13,641 nucleotides of DNA, taken from Tolypothrix sp. NIES-4075 (lineage in GTDB: Bacteria; Cyanobacteriota; Cyanobacteriia; Cyanobacteriales; Nostocaceae). This document shows positions 12,103 through 13,641 of this stretch, piece after piece; within the stretch, counting starts at the first letter, position 1, and each line of letters opens with the position of its first letter. A program made the translations under genes and the position numbers. The stretch lies in contig NZ_BDUC01000003.1 in the NCBI RefSeq assembly GCF_002218085.1, forward strand, positions 974,565 through 988,205. Direction: 5' to 3'. The notes beneath the pieces are model-generated. The model worked only from the letters and a program-made list of their open reading frames with translations, was not told where the DNA came from and did not search any database.

Positions 12103-13641
12103 ATGAGCTTGTTAAAGTTACACAATCCTGAGGCTGCACTAACCTCTAATGCCGATAATCAGACGAATTTCGGTTTGACAGAAACGGCATACCCGCGTCC
12201 GCAGCTGCGGCGATCGCATTGGCAAAATCTAAACGGTCTGTGGAAGTTCGCATTTGATGACGAAGGCAAATGCATTCAACCCAGCCATATTAGTCAGTGG
12301 ACAGATTATATAGAAGTTCCCTTTGCTCCCGAATCTACCAAAAGTGGTATTGGCGATACAGGATTTCACCCAAATTGCTGGTACGAGCGAGAATTTGAAA
12401 CGCCTCCAGGCGAGGATAGATTGCTGCTGCACTTCGGTGCTGTAGACTATCGCGCTCGTGTCTGGGTAAATGGTCAATACATAGCTGAACATGAAGGTGG
12501 ACATACCAATTTCACCCTCGATATTACCCATGTATTGAATGACAGCGGTATAACAAAAGTAACAGTCTGGGCTTCTGATGACCCTTCTGACCTCGCCAAA
12601 CCTAGAGGAAAACAGGATTGGCAACTCCAACCGCACAGTATTTGGTATCCTCGCACCAGTGGTATTTGGCAAACTGTATGGGTTGAGCGCGTGGGTGCAA
12701 CTTATATAGATCACATCCGCTGGACTCCCGACTTCGAGCGGTGGGAAATTGGTTGTTATGCGGCTCTAGCCGGTAATGCTCCGGCTTCGGGGATACAAAT
12801 AAAGGTGAAACTGAGCGTTGGCGATCGCCTGCTGGCGAACGATACTTATGAAGTATTCAACGGCGAAGTTAGCCGCCGCATTGCCCTTTCAGACCCAGGT
12901 ATCGACGACTACCGCAACGAATTGCTGTGGAGTCCGGAAAAACCAACGCTGATTGACGCAGAAATTCAACTATGGCAGGGAAACCAACTACTAGATAAAG
13001 TAATAACTTATACAGCAATGCGGACTGTGAGCATCCAGCGCGATCGCTTTATGCTTAATGGTCGTCCCTACTATTTGCGCTTAGTTCTCGATCAAGGCTA
13101 CTGGCATGATAGCCTAATGACCGCACCCGATGATGAAGCGTTGCGACGAGATGTAGAACTCGCCAAAGCGATGGGTTTCAACGGTGTCCGCAAGCACCAA
13201 AAAATTGAAGACCCCCGCTTTTTATATTGGGCAGACGTGTTAGGGCTGTTAGTATGGGAGGAGATGCCCAGTGCCTATCGCTTCTCGCCTAAAGCAGTTG
13301 AGCGCACCACCAAAGAGTGGACTGAAGTCATCAAACGTGACGTCAACCACCCGTGTATTGTGGCTTGGGTTCCGTTTAATGAATCTTGGGGAGTTCCGAA
13401 TCTGGTCGAAACCCAAGCTCACCGGAACTACGTTTTAGCAATGTTTCACTTGACAAAGACGCTAGATCCGACTCGCCCAGTAATTGGTAACGATGGTTGG
13501 GAAAGTACAGATACTGACATTCTCGCTCTCCATGACTATGACACCAATCCTTCTCACTTGGCTGCTCGCTATGGACCGGAAGTCAAGCTATCAGATTTGT
13601 TTGATCGTAAGCGTCCCGGAGGACGTATCTTGACCTTAGAC
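12103..13641 (+). CDS. Glycoside hydrolase family 2 protein (beta-galactosidase/beta-glucuronidase/beta-mannosidase-like). It is 3'-truncated by the window end.
   Basis: My translation gives 513 codons with no stop, from ATG 12103 (directly preceded by an in-frame TAG) to the last base of the window. It is absent from the ORF track only because it has no stop in the window. Motifs include LLLHFGAVDYRARVWVNGQYIAEHEGGHTNFTLDIT (GH2 sugar-binding domain), GFNGVRKHQK, LLVWEEMP and VAWVPFNESWG (the acid/base Glu in the NE motif). Confidence 0.88.
   Translation, partial: MSLLKLHNPEAALTSNADNQTNFGLTETAYPRPQLRRSHWQNLNGLWKFAFDDEGKCIQPSHISQWTDYIEVPFAPESTKSGIGDTGFHPNCWYEREFETPPGEDRLLLHFGAVDYRARVWVNGQYIAEHEGGHTNFTLDITHVLNDSGITKVTVWASDDPSDLAKPRGKQDWQLQPHSIWYPRTSGIWQTVWVERVGATYIDHIRWTPDFERWEIGCYAALAGNAPASGIQIKVKLSVGDRLLANDTYEVFNGEVSRRIALSDPGIDDYRNELLWSPEKPTLIDAEIQLWQGNQLLDKVITYTAMRTVSIQRDRFMLNGRPYYLRLVLDQGYWHDSLMTAPDDEALRRDVELAKAMGFNGVRKHQKIEDPRFLYWADVLGLLVWEEMPSAYRFSPKAVERTTKEWTEVIKRDVNHPCIVAWVPFNESWGVPNLVETQAHRNYVLAMFHLTKTLDPTRPVIGNDGWESTDTDILALHDYDTNPSHLAARYGPEVKLSDLFDRKRPGGRILTLD

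Noticed and set aside
12229-12714. Minus-strand ORFs 12229..12714 and 12474..12656.
   Set aside because: They are antisense to the GH2 coding frame, which is open for 513 codons with diagnostic GH2 motifs.

Overview
This window looks like chromosomal DNA from a filamentous, Nostocales-like cyanobacterium. The basis is about 20 HIP1 octamers (GCGATCGC) counted by eye, heptamer-derived tandem repeats, a PEP-CTERM protein and a kinase/AAA sensor remnant.

Layout:
- 1-4400: an accessory block that resembles a defence island.
  - It starts with the 3' end of one NB-ARC/TPR (NLR-like STAND) gene followed by a 21-bp tandem array.
  - Next come an orphan HicB-like gene and a DUF433/DUF5615 toxin-antitoxin-like pair.
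  - It ends with a 143-aa ORF and a second NB-ARC/TPR gene, followed by a paralogous 21-bp array.
- 4400-5500: repeat-rich intergenic DNA. It holds a HIP1-centred dispersed repeat, one copy of which carries a nested GC-rich mini-element. It also holds an unlisted 53-aa signal-peptide ORF and a pair of mutually exclusive hairpins.
- 5557-9910: a PEP-CTERM secreted protein, convergent terminators, clpC on the minus strand, and a small conserved cyanobacterial protein.
- 9928-11840: a decayed Ser/Thr-kinase/AAA sensor remnant interrupted by a 973-bp IS630-family element with a TA target duplication.
- 12103-13641: a glycoside hydrolase family 2 gene that runs off the window. It is therefore missing from the supplied ORF track.

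Most interesting observation: the 143-aa ORF and the NB-ARC/TPR ORF are in the same frame and are separated only by one TGA (2028-2030), in a TGA-C context. The NB-ARC ORF has no ATG or Shine-Dalgarno of its own. The upstream module has an N-terminal hydrophobic helix and an N/G/Q-rich tail. Together this suggests a split, read-through or recently inactivated effector-NLR fusion. All family names are assigned by eye from motifs; no searches were run.
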